A stretch of DNA of 64,000 bases from an uncultured Clostridia bacterium (GCA_947627935.1 CANQXY010000001.1:15495-79494), one strand, 5' to 3'. Numbered from the stretch's first letter, positions 37,114-48,091 are shown. Made by a program: numbers and translations. The notes: generated by a model from the letters alone, not told the origin.

Positions 37114-40100
37114 ATGTCAGATTTTGTACACTTACATATACATAGTGAATTTAGCTTGCTTGATGGAGCAAATAGAATAAAAGATTTACCAGTAAGAGCA
37201 AAAGAGCTTGGAATGAATGCCATAGCTCTAACTGATCATGGAGTTATGTATGGTGTCATTGATTTTTATAAAGCTTGTAAAAAAGAAGGAATAAAACCAA
37301 TAATTGGTTGTGAGGTATATGTTGCACCAAGAAGTCGTTTTGATAAAGAACCTAACATAGATAATAAATATAATCATCTTATTTTACTTGCAAAAGACAA
37401 TCAAGGGTATAAAAATTTAAGTAAATTAGTATCTATAGGCTTTTTAGATGGATATTATTACAAACCACGTATTGATTTAGAAGTTTTAAAACAATATCAT
37501 GAAGGATTAATAGCTTTAAGTGGTTGTTTAGCAGGAAGTTTAAATCAAGCACTTTTAAATGGAGAAGAAAAAAAAGCAGAAGAAATTGCTTTATGGCATA
37601 AAAATGTATTTGGAGAAGATTATTATATAGAAATACAAAATAATGGAATAGAAGAACAAGTTTTAGCAAATCAAAAACTGATAGCTTTGGCTAGAAAATT
37701 AAATATTCCACTTGTTGCAACAACAGATAGTCATTATTTAAAAAGAGAAGATGCATATAATCATGAGGTTTTACTTTGTATTCAAACAGGAAAAAGAATG
37801 AGCGATACTGATAGAATGAGGTTTGATACAGATGAATTATATGTAAAATCACCAGAAGAAATGTCTGAATATTTTAAAAATTTTCCAGATGCAATAGAAA
37901 ATACAGTAAAAATTGCTGAAAAATGTAATGTAGAATTTGAATTTGGAAATACAATATTGCCTAATTATGATGTACCAGAAGAATTTGCAACACATTATGA
38001 TTATTTAAAATATTTATGTGATAAAGGAATAAAAGATAGATATGGAGAAAATCCATCTGAGGAAATATTAAAAAGAGCAGAATATGAAATTGGCGTTGTT
38101 AAAGAGATGGGATATGTTGATTATTTCTTAATAGTTTGGGATTTTATTCATTATGCTAAAGAAAATGATATACCTGTAGGACCAGGAAGAGGTTCTGGTG
38201 CAGGTTCTATTTTAGCATATGCTATTGGAATAACTGATATAGACCCAATAAAATATGGACTAATTTTTGAAAGATTCTTAAATCCAGAAAGAGTTAGTAT
38301 GCCAGATTTTGATGTTGACTTTTGTTATGAACGTAGACAAGATGTAATTGATTATGTTTCTAGAAAATATGGACATGATCATGTTTCACAGATTATTACA
38401 TTTGGTACAATGTCTGCAAGAATGGTAATAAGAGATGTAGCAAGAGTGTTAGATGTTCCTTATGCAGAAGCGGATAAACTTGCTAAAATGATACCAAATG
38501 AAATTCATATTACAATTAAAAAAGCATTAGAACAAAATATAGAATTAAAACAATTATATGAAAATGATGAATCAATAAAAAAATTATTAGATATAGCTAT
38601 GGGATTAGAAGGTATGCCAAGGCAGGCATCAACACATGCGTGTGGTATAGTTATAACAAAAGAACCAGTTGATACTTATGTTCCTTTATATGTAAGAGAT
38701 AATCAAATATCAACACAATATATAATGACAACATTAGAAGAACTAGGACTTTTAAAAATGGACTTTTTAGGTTTAAGAACATTGACAGTTATCAAAGATA
38801 CAATTGATTTAGTTAAAGAAAATAAAGGAATTACAGTAGAATTTGATAAAGAAATGTCTGATCCAAATGTATATAAATTATGGCAAGAAGGAAAATCTTG
38901 TGGGATATTCCAATTTGAATCACAAGGTATGACAAACTTTATGAAAGAATTAAAACCAGATTGTTTGGAAGATATAATAGCAGGTGTTTCACTTTATAGA
39001 CCTGGTCCTATGGATCAAATACCTAGATATATAAAGGGAAAATTAAATCCAGGTCACAATGAGTATACACATCCAAGATTAGAGCCAATATTAAATGTAA
39101 CATATGGTTGTATGGTTTATCAAGAACAAGTTATGCAGATAGTAAGAGATTTAGCAGGATATTCTCTTCGGAAGAGCGGATTTAGTAAGACGTGCTATGG
39201 GTAAGAAAAAACTAGATGTTATGGCAAAAGAAAGAGAAATATTTATAAATGGACAAGTAGATGAAAATGGAAATATAATTGTTCCAGGGTGTGTTAGAAA
39301 TGGAATAGATAGTGATTCTGCAAATAAAATATTTGATGAGATGGCTGAATTTGCTAAATATGCATTTAATAAATCACATGCTGCATGTTATGCAGTTATA
39401 GCATATCAAACAGCATATCTAAAAACATATTATCCTGCAGAATTTATGGCAGCTACTTTAAATAGTTTTTTGGGAAATTTAGATAAAATTCCACAATATA
39501 TTGATGAGTGTAAATCATTAGGAATAGAAATATTAAAACCAGATATAAATAAAAGTAGCACCAAATTTACTGTTGAAGATGGAAAAATTAGATTTGGTTT
39601 AGGAAGCATAAAAAATGTTGGTATAGCTCCTATAGATAATATTATTAAAGATAGAAAAGAAAATGGAGAATTTAAAAGCTTTACAGATTTTTGCGAAAGA
39701 ATATCAGGTGAAGCTGTTAATAAAAAATGTATAGAAAGTTTAATTAAAGCTGGAACTTTTGAAAAATTTCCAGAAACTAGAGCAACTCTTCTTGCTTCTT
39801 TTGAAATAATTATAGATACTATTCAATCTAGTAATAAAAAAGGACTAGATGGACAAGTTTCTATGTTTGATTTAGGAAAACAAGAAGATGAAGAAAAATT
39901 AAATAGTATTAAATATACATTTATAGAAAAACAAGAATTTACAGATAGAGAATTATTATCTATGGAAAAAGAAATGCTTGGAATATATATATCAGGACAT
40001 CCTTTAGAAAATATAAGACATCAAATAGAAAATCAAACTAATATAAATACAATGCAGTTAAGAGAAATAGATGAGGAAATGGCAAAAGAAGAACAAACTA

Positions 40101-40600
40101 TTAATTTACAATTTAAAGATGGACAAAATGTGAAATATGCAGGAATAATTACATCTGTAAAGAAAAAGTATACTAAAAATAATAAAATTATGGCATTTGT
40201 AACAATTGAAGATTTATATGGTCAAGCAGAAATAATAGTATTTGAAAATGCATATTTAAGTTCACAAACAAGTTTAGTTGAAGATAATATAGTCATAGTA
40301 GAAGGAAGGCTAAGCATAAGAGAAGATGAGGCTACAAAAATAGTAGCAAAAGAAATAAGAAATTTTGGTGTAAAAAAACAGAAAAGTTTAATTTTAGATA
40401 TAACAGAAACAGAAGAAGAAATTAAATCAAAATTAAGAGGTGCTATTAAATATTTTTCTGGTGATATGAATAATATTAGTGTTCAAATAAAAGTAGATAA
40501 TGATTTAAAATCATGTGGTGCTATTTATATTACTGATGAGATATTAAAAGTGTTTGAAGATATTTTAGGAAAAGATAGAGTGCAAATAGAAGAAATTTAA
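37114..40600 (+). CDS. dnaE: DNA polymerase III alpha subunit DnaE (PHP + polymerase + OB); the reading frame is broken by a 1-nt insertion near nt 39169
   Basis: The two ORFs of 696 aa and 467 aa together give a canonical ~1160-aa DnaE (N-terminus HLHIHSEFSLLDGA). The junction reads ...GYSLRKSGFSKTCYG* in place of the conserved GYSLG(E/R)ADLVRRAMGKKK. Deleting C39169 restores the frame. Confidence 0.85.
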
Positions 40601-40805
40601 TAATTTTGTAGTAAATCTTGAAAATAAATAAAAAAATATTGCAAAAATAAAAAAATATAGATATACTTATGTAAGAAAGAGTAAACCAAAGAGGAGTATA
40701 TATGAAAAATAAAAAAATTATAAAGTTAATACAACAGTATTGTGCCAATTTTTAAATTGGTTAATACTGTTGTTTTTTAAAAAGATATTATAGGAGGAAT
40801 ATTAA

Positions 40806-42503
40806 ATGAAAAAGTCTAATAAAGGTATAACTTTGGTAACATTAGCTATAACAATAATTGTAATTCTAATATTAGCAGGAATATCAGTAAGCATGATAGT
40901 TGGAGAAAATGGAATAATACATAGAGCACATAGTGCTAGAGCTGAAAATGAAAAAGCTGATGCAGATGAACAATTAAATGTAGCTGTACTTTCATCAAGA
41001 ATGAACAGTAGTGATGATGCTGAAATTGATTTAAGCAAATTACAAAAACAACTTAATAAATTAAAAAAAGACAAAGTTATTGATGATTATAGCCCAAGCG
41101 ATAATTTTTCTTTACCAGTTATAGCAGAAAAGGGAAACTATAAGTTTAAAATTGATGGAGAAGGAAATGTAAAACAAATAGTAAGTACTCAAGAAGATGA
41201 AGATATACAAATAGCTAATTGGCAAAAACCAACAAGTGATGAAGAAAGATATATATACAGCTATGGGGGAGATGAAGTAAATGCTCCAAAATTGAAAGGA
41301 AATATGAAACTAATAGAATATACAGGTGATTTAAGTAATGAATCAAATATATGGGCAAATGCAATCACATCAGATGGAAGTATGTGGGTATGGATACCAA
41401 GATATGCATATAAAATAACATCTGGATACACTAAAACAAAGATACATCAATCTAATAAGGTAGGTACTGACAATGAATTAGTAGAAGGTACTATAGATGT
41501 AAAATTTATAGATACTGAAAATAATTTCTTAGATGGAACAAAAGAAGAATTAGTAACTAATCCAGCTAGCATTACTTATGATGCAAATGGAAGACAAAAT
41601 GAGTGGCTAGTACATCCAGCATTTACTTCTGATACAGTAAATGGAGGATGGGATTCTGAACTTGAAGGAATATGGGTAGCAAAGTTTGAAGCAACTGGAA
41701 CATATGATTCTTTAAGTGTAAAACCAGGAGTTGCAAGTTTAAGAAATATAAAAATAAATGATGCATATAAATTAGCAAAATCAAGTACATTTGGAGAAAA
41801 ACTTTCAGCAGAAGAACTAGGAAGTCATATGGCAAAAAATAGTGAATGGGGAGCAGTTGCATATTTGGCACATAGTAAATATGGAAGAAACGGAAAATTA
41901 ATAGGTAAAAATACAAGTGAATATCATTATACAGGAGGAAGCGATTCTCAAGATGCAATATACACAGAAAATAGTAACCAGAGTACAACAGGAAATGCAA
42001 CAGGGATATATGATATGAATGGTGGTGCTTGGGAATTTGTAGCAATGTATGTAAATTATAGAAATGGAAAGACTAGTGACTCATATAAAGCTTGGTATCC
42101 AAATAATGGAGGGGAATGTATATTAGTAAAAAATGGTGGTGGAACTTCTAGTGATTTATATGGTGGTGATCAAACTACTAGAACTACAAGTACGAAATAT
42201 AAAACAGTATATGCTTCAGATGGACAGAGTAATTCAGAAGCAATGATACTAAGTTATAAAGCGAATAGCGATAAAAAAGGTGATGCAATATATGAAACAT
42301 CATCAGGAACAGGAAAAAATGCAAGTGAAGCTAATACCACAAATTCATGGTTTAAACAACTTTCAATTTATACCAATTATGGACACCCATTTTTAAAACG
42401 TGGAGGTAACTGGGATTCTGATTCTACTGGAATTTTCTTCTTTAATAATGCAACAGGAGAAGAAGATATGGCTGGATCTTTTAGACCAATATTGGCATTT
42501 TAA
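40806..42503 (+). CDS. Protein with prepilin-like N-terminal anchor (KG-ITLVTLAITIIVILILAG, lacking Glu+5) and C-terminal FGE/SUMF1-type (sulfatase-modifying-factor-like) domain
   Basis: The N-terminus is MKKSNKGITLVTLAITIIVILILAGISVSMIVGENGII. The C-terminal blocks SEWGAVAYLAHSKYG, GIYDMNGGAWEFVA, KRGGNWDSDS and GSFRPILAF match FGE-sulfatase family signatures (tEAEWEyAaRGG, GlYDMsGNvWEW, RGGSW, GFRca). The RBS is aggagg. Confidence 0.6.
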   Translation: MKKSNKGITLVTLAITIIVILILAGISVSMIVGENGIIHRAHSARAENEKADADEQLNVAVLSSRMNSSDDAEIDLSKLQKQLNKLKKDKVIDDYSPSDNFSLPVIAEKGNYKFKIDGEGNVKQIVSTQEDEDIQIANWQKPTSDEERYIYSYGGDEVNAPKLKGNMKLIEYTGDLSNESNIWANAITSDGSMWVWIPRYAYKITSGYTKTKIHQSNKVGTDNELVEGTIDVKFIDTENNFLDGTKEELVTNPASITYDANGRQNEWLVHPAFTSDTVNGGWDSELEGIWVAKFEATGTYDSLSVKPGVASLRNIKINDAYKLAKSSTFGEKLSAEELGSHMAKNSEWGAVAYLAHSKYGRNGKLIGKNTSEYHYTGGSDSQDAIYTENSNQSTTGNATGIYDMNGGAWEFVAMYVNYRNGKTSDSYKAWYPNNGGECILVKNGGGTSSDLYGGDQTTRTTSTKYKTVYASDGQSNSEAMILSYKANSDKKGDAIYETSSGTGKNASEANTTNSWFKQLSIYTNYGHPFLKRGGNWDSDSTGIFFFNNATGEEDMAGSFRPILAF

Positions 42504-42670
42504 TAATTAAAAATTAAAGAATACTTTATAAAAGGAAAGAAACATATTGTTTCTTTCCTTTTTATAGTATAAATTGACAATTTATAGTAAAATTGATATA
42601 ATTTTAAATGTACTTTTAAAAAAAATCATAGTTTATATGATTTAAGAATCTTAAAGGAGGGATTTTACTT

Positions 42671-42886
42671 ATGTCAAATGTCAATGAACAAAAAATTAAT
42701 CTACTAAGGAAATTAAAAGACAATGATGAAGAAGCAGAGCAGTTATTTGATATAATATGCTTGTGGTATCCTATGTTGTTAGATGATCCAAAATCAGCAA
42801 CAACAGAAATGGTAAATGGATATAATCGGCTTGTTAAATGTAATATCAGCAATGCTGAAATCCGAAGCAAACTGCTTATTTCTTAA
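42671..42886 (+). CDS. Hypothetical small protein (71 aa)
   Basis: The RBS is aaaggaggg. The bidirectional terminator agtccctcttttgaggggct lies downstream. Confidence 0.35.
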   Translation: MSNVNEQKINLLRKLKDNDEEAEQLFDIICLWYPMLLDDPKSATTEMVNGYNRLVKCNISNAEIRSKLLIS

Positions 42887-42887
42887 A

Positions 42888-42915
42888 AAAAGTCCCTCTT
42901 TTGAGGGGCTTCTTT
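42888..42915. terminator. Bidirectional terminator between the 71-aa ORF (+) and mgtA (-)
   Basis: The hairpin aaaaagtccctcttttgaggggcttcttt. Confidence 0.5.
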
Positions 42916-45523
42916 AAATCCATTCACCAAATTTCTTAATATAGAATTTTTTAGCAAATATAGCGACGATACAATATAAAATAGGAACTCCAAGTATAAT
43001 TGCTAAATCTATTATTGGTAATGAAACTAATCCTATCATATGTCCAAAGCCTGTATATGGTACTAATATACCTATAAGACTAAGTAATATTGATGAGAAA
43101 TAAACCATTTTATTAGCATTACTTTGTATAAAAGGCATTTTTGCAGTTCTTATTATGTGCATTCCTATAAGGTTTGAAACTATACTATAGCTAAACCAAA
43201 TTGTTTGGAAAGTAGGTGGGTCAGATATTTTAAATATTACTAATATAAATACAAAAACTACCATATCAAATAAAGAACTTAAAGGTCCCATAAATAGCAT
43301 AAACTTCTTTAAACTATTAATATCTAATTTTCTAGGCTTTTGTAAATATTCTTTATCTACATTATCAAAAGGTAATGTTAATTGTCCAAAATCATATAAT
43401 AGACCTTCTACTAATAATTGTATAGGAGTTTCAGGAAGAAATGGTAATAATACGCTTGCTATAATTACTGAAACAACTTCACCAAAGTTAAAACTTACTG
43501 CCATTTTTATATATTTCATTAAATTTGCAAAAGTTCTTCTTCCTTCTGTTACACCATCTAATAAAACATTTAAATCTTTTTCTAACAATATTATATCTGC
43601 GGATTCTTTAGCAATATCAACAGCAGTATCTACTGATATTCCAATATCTGAGTTTGTAAGTGAAGGACTATCATTTATACCATCACCCATATATCCAACA
43701 ATATTTCCAGATTCTTTTAAAAGTCTTACTACTCTTGCTTTTTGAATAGGAGAAAGTTTAGCAAATATATTAGTTGATCGTAATAACCTAATAACTCCAA
43801 AATCTGCTAATTTATCAATTTCACTTCCTGTAACTATTCTTTTGGAATTAATACCAACTTTATTACAGATACATCTTGTTACTTCTACATTGTCTCCTGT
43901 TAAAACAATTACTCTAATTCCAGATTTATTTAGCTTTTCTATAGATTCTTTAGCACTTTCTTTTGGAGGATCTAAAAATCCTATAAATCCTAGTAAAATC
44001 ATATTTTTTTCGTCACTGATACTAAAATCAGTTATATCATTAATATCATTTTTTTGACAAACGGCTATAACACGTAAACCATCTTTATTTAAGTTTTTAC
44101 TAATTCTTCTAATATTTTCTTTAATATCATTCGTAAGCTTTGATACTTCACCTTTATAATCAACAGATGTACATATACTTAAAATTTCTTCTACAGCACC
44201 TTTTGTAATCATTTGTTTTTTAGTTCCATCTGTTATGACTATTGAAAGTCTTCTTCTTGTAAAATCAAAAGGTATTTCATCTACCTTTTTATAAATAGAT
44301 GTATATTTACTCATATCATTTTTTAAAGCTCTATTTATAACTGCTTCATCAATATTTCCTTTTAGACCTGTTTGAAAATAAGAATTTAAAAATGCATGTT
44401 TTAAAATTCTTATATCTTCATCACCATTAATATCTAAATATTTTTCTAAAACTATTTTATCTTCAGTTAAAGTTCCGGTTTTATCAGTACATAAAATATT
44501 CATGCCACCAAAACTTTGAATAGAGTCTAATCTTTTAACAATAGTCTTTTTCTTAGACATACGTACAGCACCTTTAGATAAGCTAGATGATAAAATAACA
44601 GGAAGAAGTAGAGGAGTAATACCAATTGCAATTGCTACTGCAAATGTAAAAGCTGTTATAATATCATGTTTCCAAAAGTTTAAAATAAATACTAAAGGTA
44701 TCATAAATATCATAAATCTTATTAACAATTTACTTATATTTTCTATACCTTTTTGAAAAGCAGTTTTTGGTTTTCCATTAGATAAAGTGTGAGCTACTTT
44801 TCCAAAATATGTGTTATCAGCAGTTTTTATAACAACACATTTTGCACTACCACTTATTACATTTGTTCCCATAAAACAAATTGTATCTAAATCTGAAATA
44901 CTATCTATTTCATCTAATACAATTTCAGATTCTATTAATTTTTTTACTGCATCAGATTCACCTGTTAAAGATGACTGACTAACATATAAATCTTTAGATT
45001 CTAAAACTCTTAAGTCAGCAGGTATCATGTCACCTGCTGATAACAAAACAATATCTCCAATTGTAATTTCTTTAATAGGTAATTTTATTTTATTTCCATT
45101 TCTTATAACTGTTGCAGTAGTTGCAACTAGTTCTTTTAGCTTTTCAGCTGCTTTATTAGATCTATATTCTTCAAAAAATTCTAAAAAAGTACTTGCTAAT
45201 ACTAAAATAGCAATTACTATTATGTTAGCATAACTTGGCTTCTCAGGAAGAAAGACATCTGTATATATTAATAATAGTGATATACCTATTAATATACTAT
45301 TAAATGGGCTAAATAAACTTTGAAAAAAGTAATTATACCATTTTTTAGGCTTTCCTTGAGATATTTCATTTAAGCCATATTTATGTATTTTTTCTTTTGC
45401 TTCAACTTCAGATAATCCATCTAAATTTACATTATATTTTTTTATGAATTCATCTTTTGATAAAGTACATTCAGTTCCATACATTTTATAAAAATCAACA
45501 TCTTCTTTTTTTACATTAGACAT
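42914..45523 (-). CDS. mgtA: Magnesium-translocating P-type ATPase
   Basis: The 869-aa protein has the phosphorylation motif CTDKTGTLT and TGD and GDGINDSP motifs. Its N-terminus is typical of MgtA (…LSKDEFIKKYNVNLDGLSEVEAKEKIHKYGLNE). Confidence 0.85.
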   Translation of the reverse strand: MSNVKKEDVDFYKMYGTECTLSKDEFIKKYNVNLDGLSEVEAKEKIHKYGLNEISQGKPKKWYNYFFQSLFSPFNSILIGISLLLIYTDVFLPEKPSYANIIVIAILVLASTFLEFFEEYRSNKAAEKLKELVATTATVIRNGNKIKLPIKEITIGDIVLLSAGDMIPADLRVLESKDLYVSQSSLTGESDAVKKLIESEIVLDEIDSISDLDTICFMGTNVISGSAKCVVIKTADNTYFGKVAHTLSNGKPKTAFQKGIENISKLLIRFMIFMIPLVFILNFWKHDIITAFTFAVAIAIGITPLLLPVILSSSLSKGAVRMSKKKTIVKRLDSIQSFGGMNILCTDKTGTLTEDKIVLEKYLDINGDEDIRILKHAFLNSYFQTGLKGNIDEAVINRALKNDMSKYTSIYKKVDEIPFDFTRRRLSIVITDGTKKQMITKGAVEEILSICTSVDYKGEVSKLTNDIKENIRRISKNLNKDGLRVIAVCQKNDINDITDFSISDEKNMILLGFIGFLDPPKESAKESIEKLNKSGIRVIVLTGDNVEVTRCICNKVGINSKRIVTGSEIDKLADFGVIRLLRSTNIFAKLSPIQKARVVRLLKESGNIVGYMGDGINDSPSLTNSDIGISVDTAVDIAKESADIILLEKDLNVLLDGVTEGRRTFANLMKYIKMAVSFNFGEVVSVIIASVLLPFLPETPIQLLVEGLLYDFGQLTLPFDNVDKEYLQKPRKLDINSLKKFMLFMGPLSSLFDMVVFVFILVIFKISDPPTFQTIWFSYSIVSNLIGMHIIRTAKMPFIQSNANKMVYFSSILLSLIGILVPYTGFGHMIGLVSLPIIDLAIILGVPILYCIVAIFAKKFYIKKFGEWI

Positions 45524-45897
45524 ATTTATACCTTCTTTCGTAATATCTTTTTAAATTATACCACTATATTAATAAATTAAAACAATTTATCTCAAAATAT
45601 ATAAAAATTTTAAATAGTATTTACAAAAAGCATTAAAGGTGATATAAATAGTTTATTCTATTTAGCACTTTTAGTGCTTTTAAAGATTTTTTTAAATCAA
45701 TATTAATTTTAATCAAAAATTTTAAATTCAAAAATTTAAATCAAAAAAATCCAAAACAATTAATTAAAAATCAAAAAAAGGAGGTGAGTATTTTTTATTT
45801 ATAAAAAAGCACTAAAAAACAAAATAGTAAATATTTACAAAATATATATCAAAATGCTTGTAAGGGGGAAATCAAATTGATATAATAAAGGAGGAAA

Positions 45898-46734
45898 ATG
45901 AATAATACTATAAAATTAAATCTAAAAAATGATGTAATATTTAAAACATTTTTTAGTAGAAAAGGAAATGAAGAATATCTAATTGATTTTTTAAATGCAT
46001 TACTAAAAATAGAAATAGAAAAAATAGATATAAAAGAAGAGGTAAACTTAGAAAAATTAGGTCAAGAAGAAAAAGGAGGAAGGTTAGATTTACAAGCAAA
46101 ACTAAACAATGGAATAATAGTAAATATAGAGATGCAAATAAGAAATAAAAAAGATATAGAAAAAAGGACAATGGTATATGCAGGAAAAACGATATCAAGA
46201 GAGACAAAAAAAGGAGGAGAATACAAAGAAATAAAGCAAGTAATAATGATAAATATATTAGACTATGAATTTTTAGGATTTGATGAATATATATCAGAGA
46301 CAGTAACAGTATTAGATAAGCATAGAGAATATGAAATGATGAAAGATATAAAGTGGTATTTTATAGAGTTACCGAAATTTAGAAAAGCAAATCCAGACAT
46401 GAATGAGAAGATAAATCAATGGTTAGCATTTATAGATGATTATGATAGGGGGTTAGTAAATATGGCAGAGAAGAAAAATAAGACATTAGAAAAAGCAAGA
46501 ATAGAAATGAATTATTTAACAGGGGATGAAGAAGTAAAAAGATTAGTAGAGTTAAGAGAGAAATGGGAGATGGACTATAATAGTGAGATAGGATATGCGA
46601 AAGAAGAAGGAATAGAAGAAGGGAAAAAAGAAAAAGCCATTGAGACAGCTAGGAAAATGAAAGATAAAAAAATGCCAATCGAATTAATTATTGAAATAAC
46701 TGAATTAACACAAGAAGAAATAGAAAAAATATAA
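45898..46734 (+). CDS. Rpn-family recombination-promoting nuclease / putative transposase (PD-(D/E)XK, YhgA-like)
   Basis: The N-terminus NDVIFKTFF...FLNALL is typical of this family. The conserved core G(R/K)LDL...E(M)Q is present (GGRLDLQAKLNNGIIVNIEMQ). A C-terminal tail with repeated charged helices is present (…IEEGKKEKAIETARKM…). Confidence 0.7.
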   Translation: MNNTIKLNLKNDVIFKTFFSRKGNEEYLIDFLNALLKIEIEKIDIKEEVNLEKLGQEEKGGRLDLQAKLNNGIIVNIEMQIRNKKDIEKRTMVYAGKTISRETKKGGEYKEIKQVIMINILDYEFLGFDEYISETVTVLDKHREYEMMKDIKWYFIELPKFRKANPDMNEKINQWLAFIDDYDRGLVNMAEKKNKTLEKARIEMNYLTGDEEVKRLVELREKWEMDYNSEIGYAKEEGIEEGKKEKAIETARKMKDKKMPIELIIEITELTQEEIEKI

Positions 46735-46813
46735 ATATTACATTTGTATTACAACTATTGAAATGACAAATAGATTAATATATACTATAAAAAACTAAAG
46801 AGGAGGAATTTAT

Positions 46814-48091
46814 ATGAATAAAAGATTAAAACCATATAAAGGAATAACATTAATAGCACTAGTAATAACAATTATAGTTCTTTTAATTTTAGCAGGAGTA
46901 AGTATAGTAATGCTAACAGGAGAAAATGGAATATTAAATAGAGCAGTATCAGCAAGAGAAGAAGCATCACATACAGAAGTAAAAGAACAAGTATTGTTAG
47001 CAATAGCTGAATATGAATTAGAAAAGAAGACACCAGAAGGAAGTAAAGCTGAAACAATAATTGATTATTTAGGACAAAATGGATATTTAACAGAATATGA
47101 TTCAGGAAATCCAAAAGAAAGTTATGTAATACAAAAAGCAAAATTAGGAGAGGCAACATTAGGAAAAGGAACATCAAAAGAAACAGGAGATGTATATGTA
47201 ATAGAAAAAGCAAACTTAAAAGCAGCAAGTATAACAAAACTAGCCTCAACACAAGAAGTAGGTATAAAAATAGCAGAAGCAAGTACAGATAATAATTGGG
47301 CATTAAAATATTATAAAACAAGTAATGATGAAAATCCAAAAGTTTTACTTGATTTTCCAATATCAAAAAATAGTAGTCCATCAAAACCAAAACAAATTGC
47401 AACAAACACATCAGAACTAGTAGCAGGAGACTATATAGATTACGTATATGAAAAAGAAGATGGAACAAAAGAAAAAATACCTTGTATAGTTTTATATGAT
47501 AAAAGTGATGAAGAATTGGCTGATGTACAAGATGGAATTCAAATTATAACTGCTAAATGTTTAGGTAATAAAATATTACAAGATTATGATGAATACGTAA
47601 AAGTAGTTAATGATTATGATAATCCTTTGTTATGTCAAAAATTCAGTTCAGGTAATATGACTAGAGTTGTTGGTTCGAATTCTAAAACGGGACTTGAAAT
47701 TGAATTGTCTGATATAATTGGTACTCAACTTGAGGGGGGTTGGAGTGATTTTGACACTTATTACAAAGATTTAGAAGATTGGGTTGATTATAAAAGATTA
47801 TCACAAAAAAACATTTTAAAATTAGATAATAGTTATTGGTATAATGTTAAGATGTCTTATCCAGGAGAATATACAGGATATGGTTTATTAGAAGTTGGAA
47901 CAGATGGTGATTTGTGCGTTAAAGTACTTCAAGAACAACAGGGGTGGACAACAGGAAATGGAGATGATGCACCACCTTATCTTGGTGGTGAGTCAGGATT
48001 AAGATTAGTTTTTAAATTAAAAGACGAATTACCTATAATAGGTGGAACTGGAGAAGTAGGAGAAGCATACCAATTAGTAGAGACAGAATAA
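46814..48091 (+). CDS. Paralog of the 40806 gene: same prepilin-like N-terminal anchor (KG-ITLIALVITIIVLLILAG...GENGIL.RA) with a different, unassigned C-terminal domain
   Basis: The N-terminal ~45 residues are nearly identical in pattern to 40806..42503. The rest has no recognisable motifs. The RBS is gaggagg. A TTGAAA-17-TATACT promoter lies upstream. Confidence 0.55.
   Translation: MNKRLKPYKGITLIALVITIIVLLILAGVSIVMLTGENGILNRAVSAREEASHTEVKEQVLLAIAEYELEKKTPEGSKAETIIDYLGQNGYLTEYDSGNPKESYVIQKAKLGEATLGKGTSKETGDVYVIEKANLKAASITKLASTQEVGIKIAEASTDNNWALKYYKTSNDENPKVLLDFPISKNSSPSKPKQIATNTSELVAGDYIDYVYEKEDGTKEKIPCIVLYDKSDEELADVQDGIQIITAKCLGNKILQDYDEYVKVVNDYDNPLLCQKFSSGNMTRVVGSNSKTGLEIELSDIIGTQLEGGWSDFDTYYKDLEDWVDYKRLSQKNILKLDNSYWYNVKMSYPGEYTGYGLLEVGTDGDLCVKVLQEQQGWTTGNGDDAPPYLGGESGLRLVFKLKDELPIIGGTGEVGEAYQLVETE

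Noticed and set aside
45524-45897. Mg2+ riboswitch (M-box) upstream of mgtA
   Set aside because: The predicted promoter is only ~25 nt upstream of the mgtA start codon. No M-box conserved core is visible in the reverse complement.
46872-47468. Minus-strand 198-aa Leu-rich ORF inside the 46814..48091 gene
   Set aside because: It is the antisense of a Lys/Glu-rich coding region (poly-Leu from TTT/CTT complement) and has no start context.
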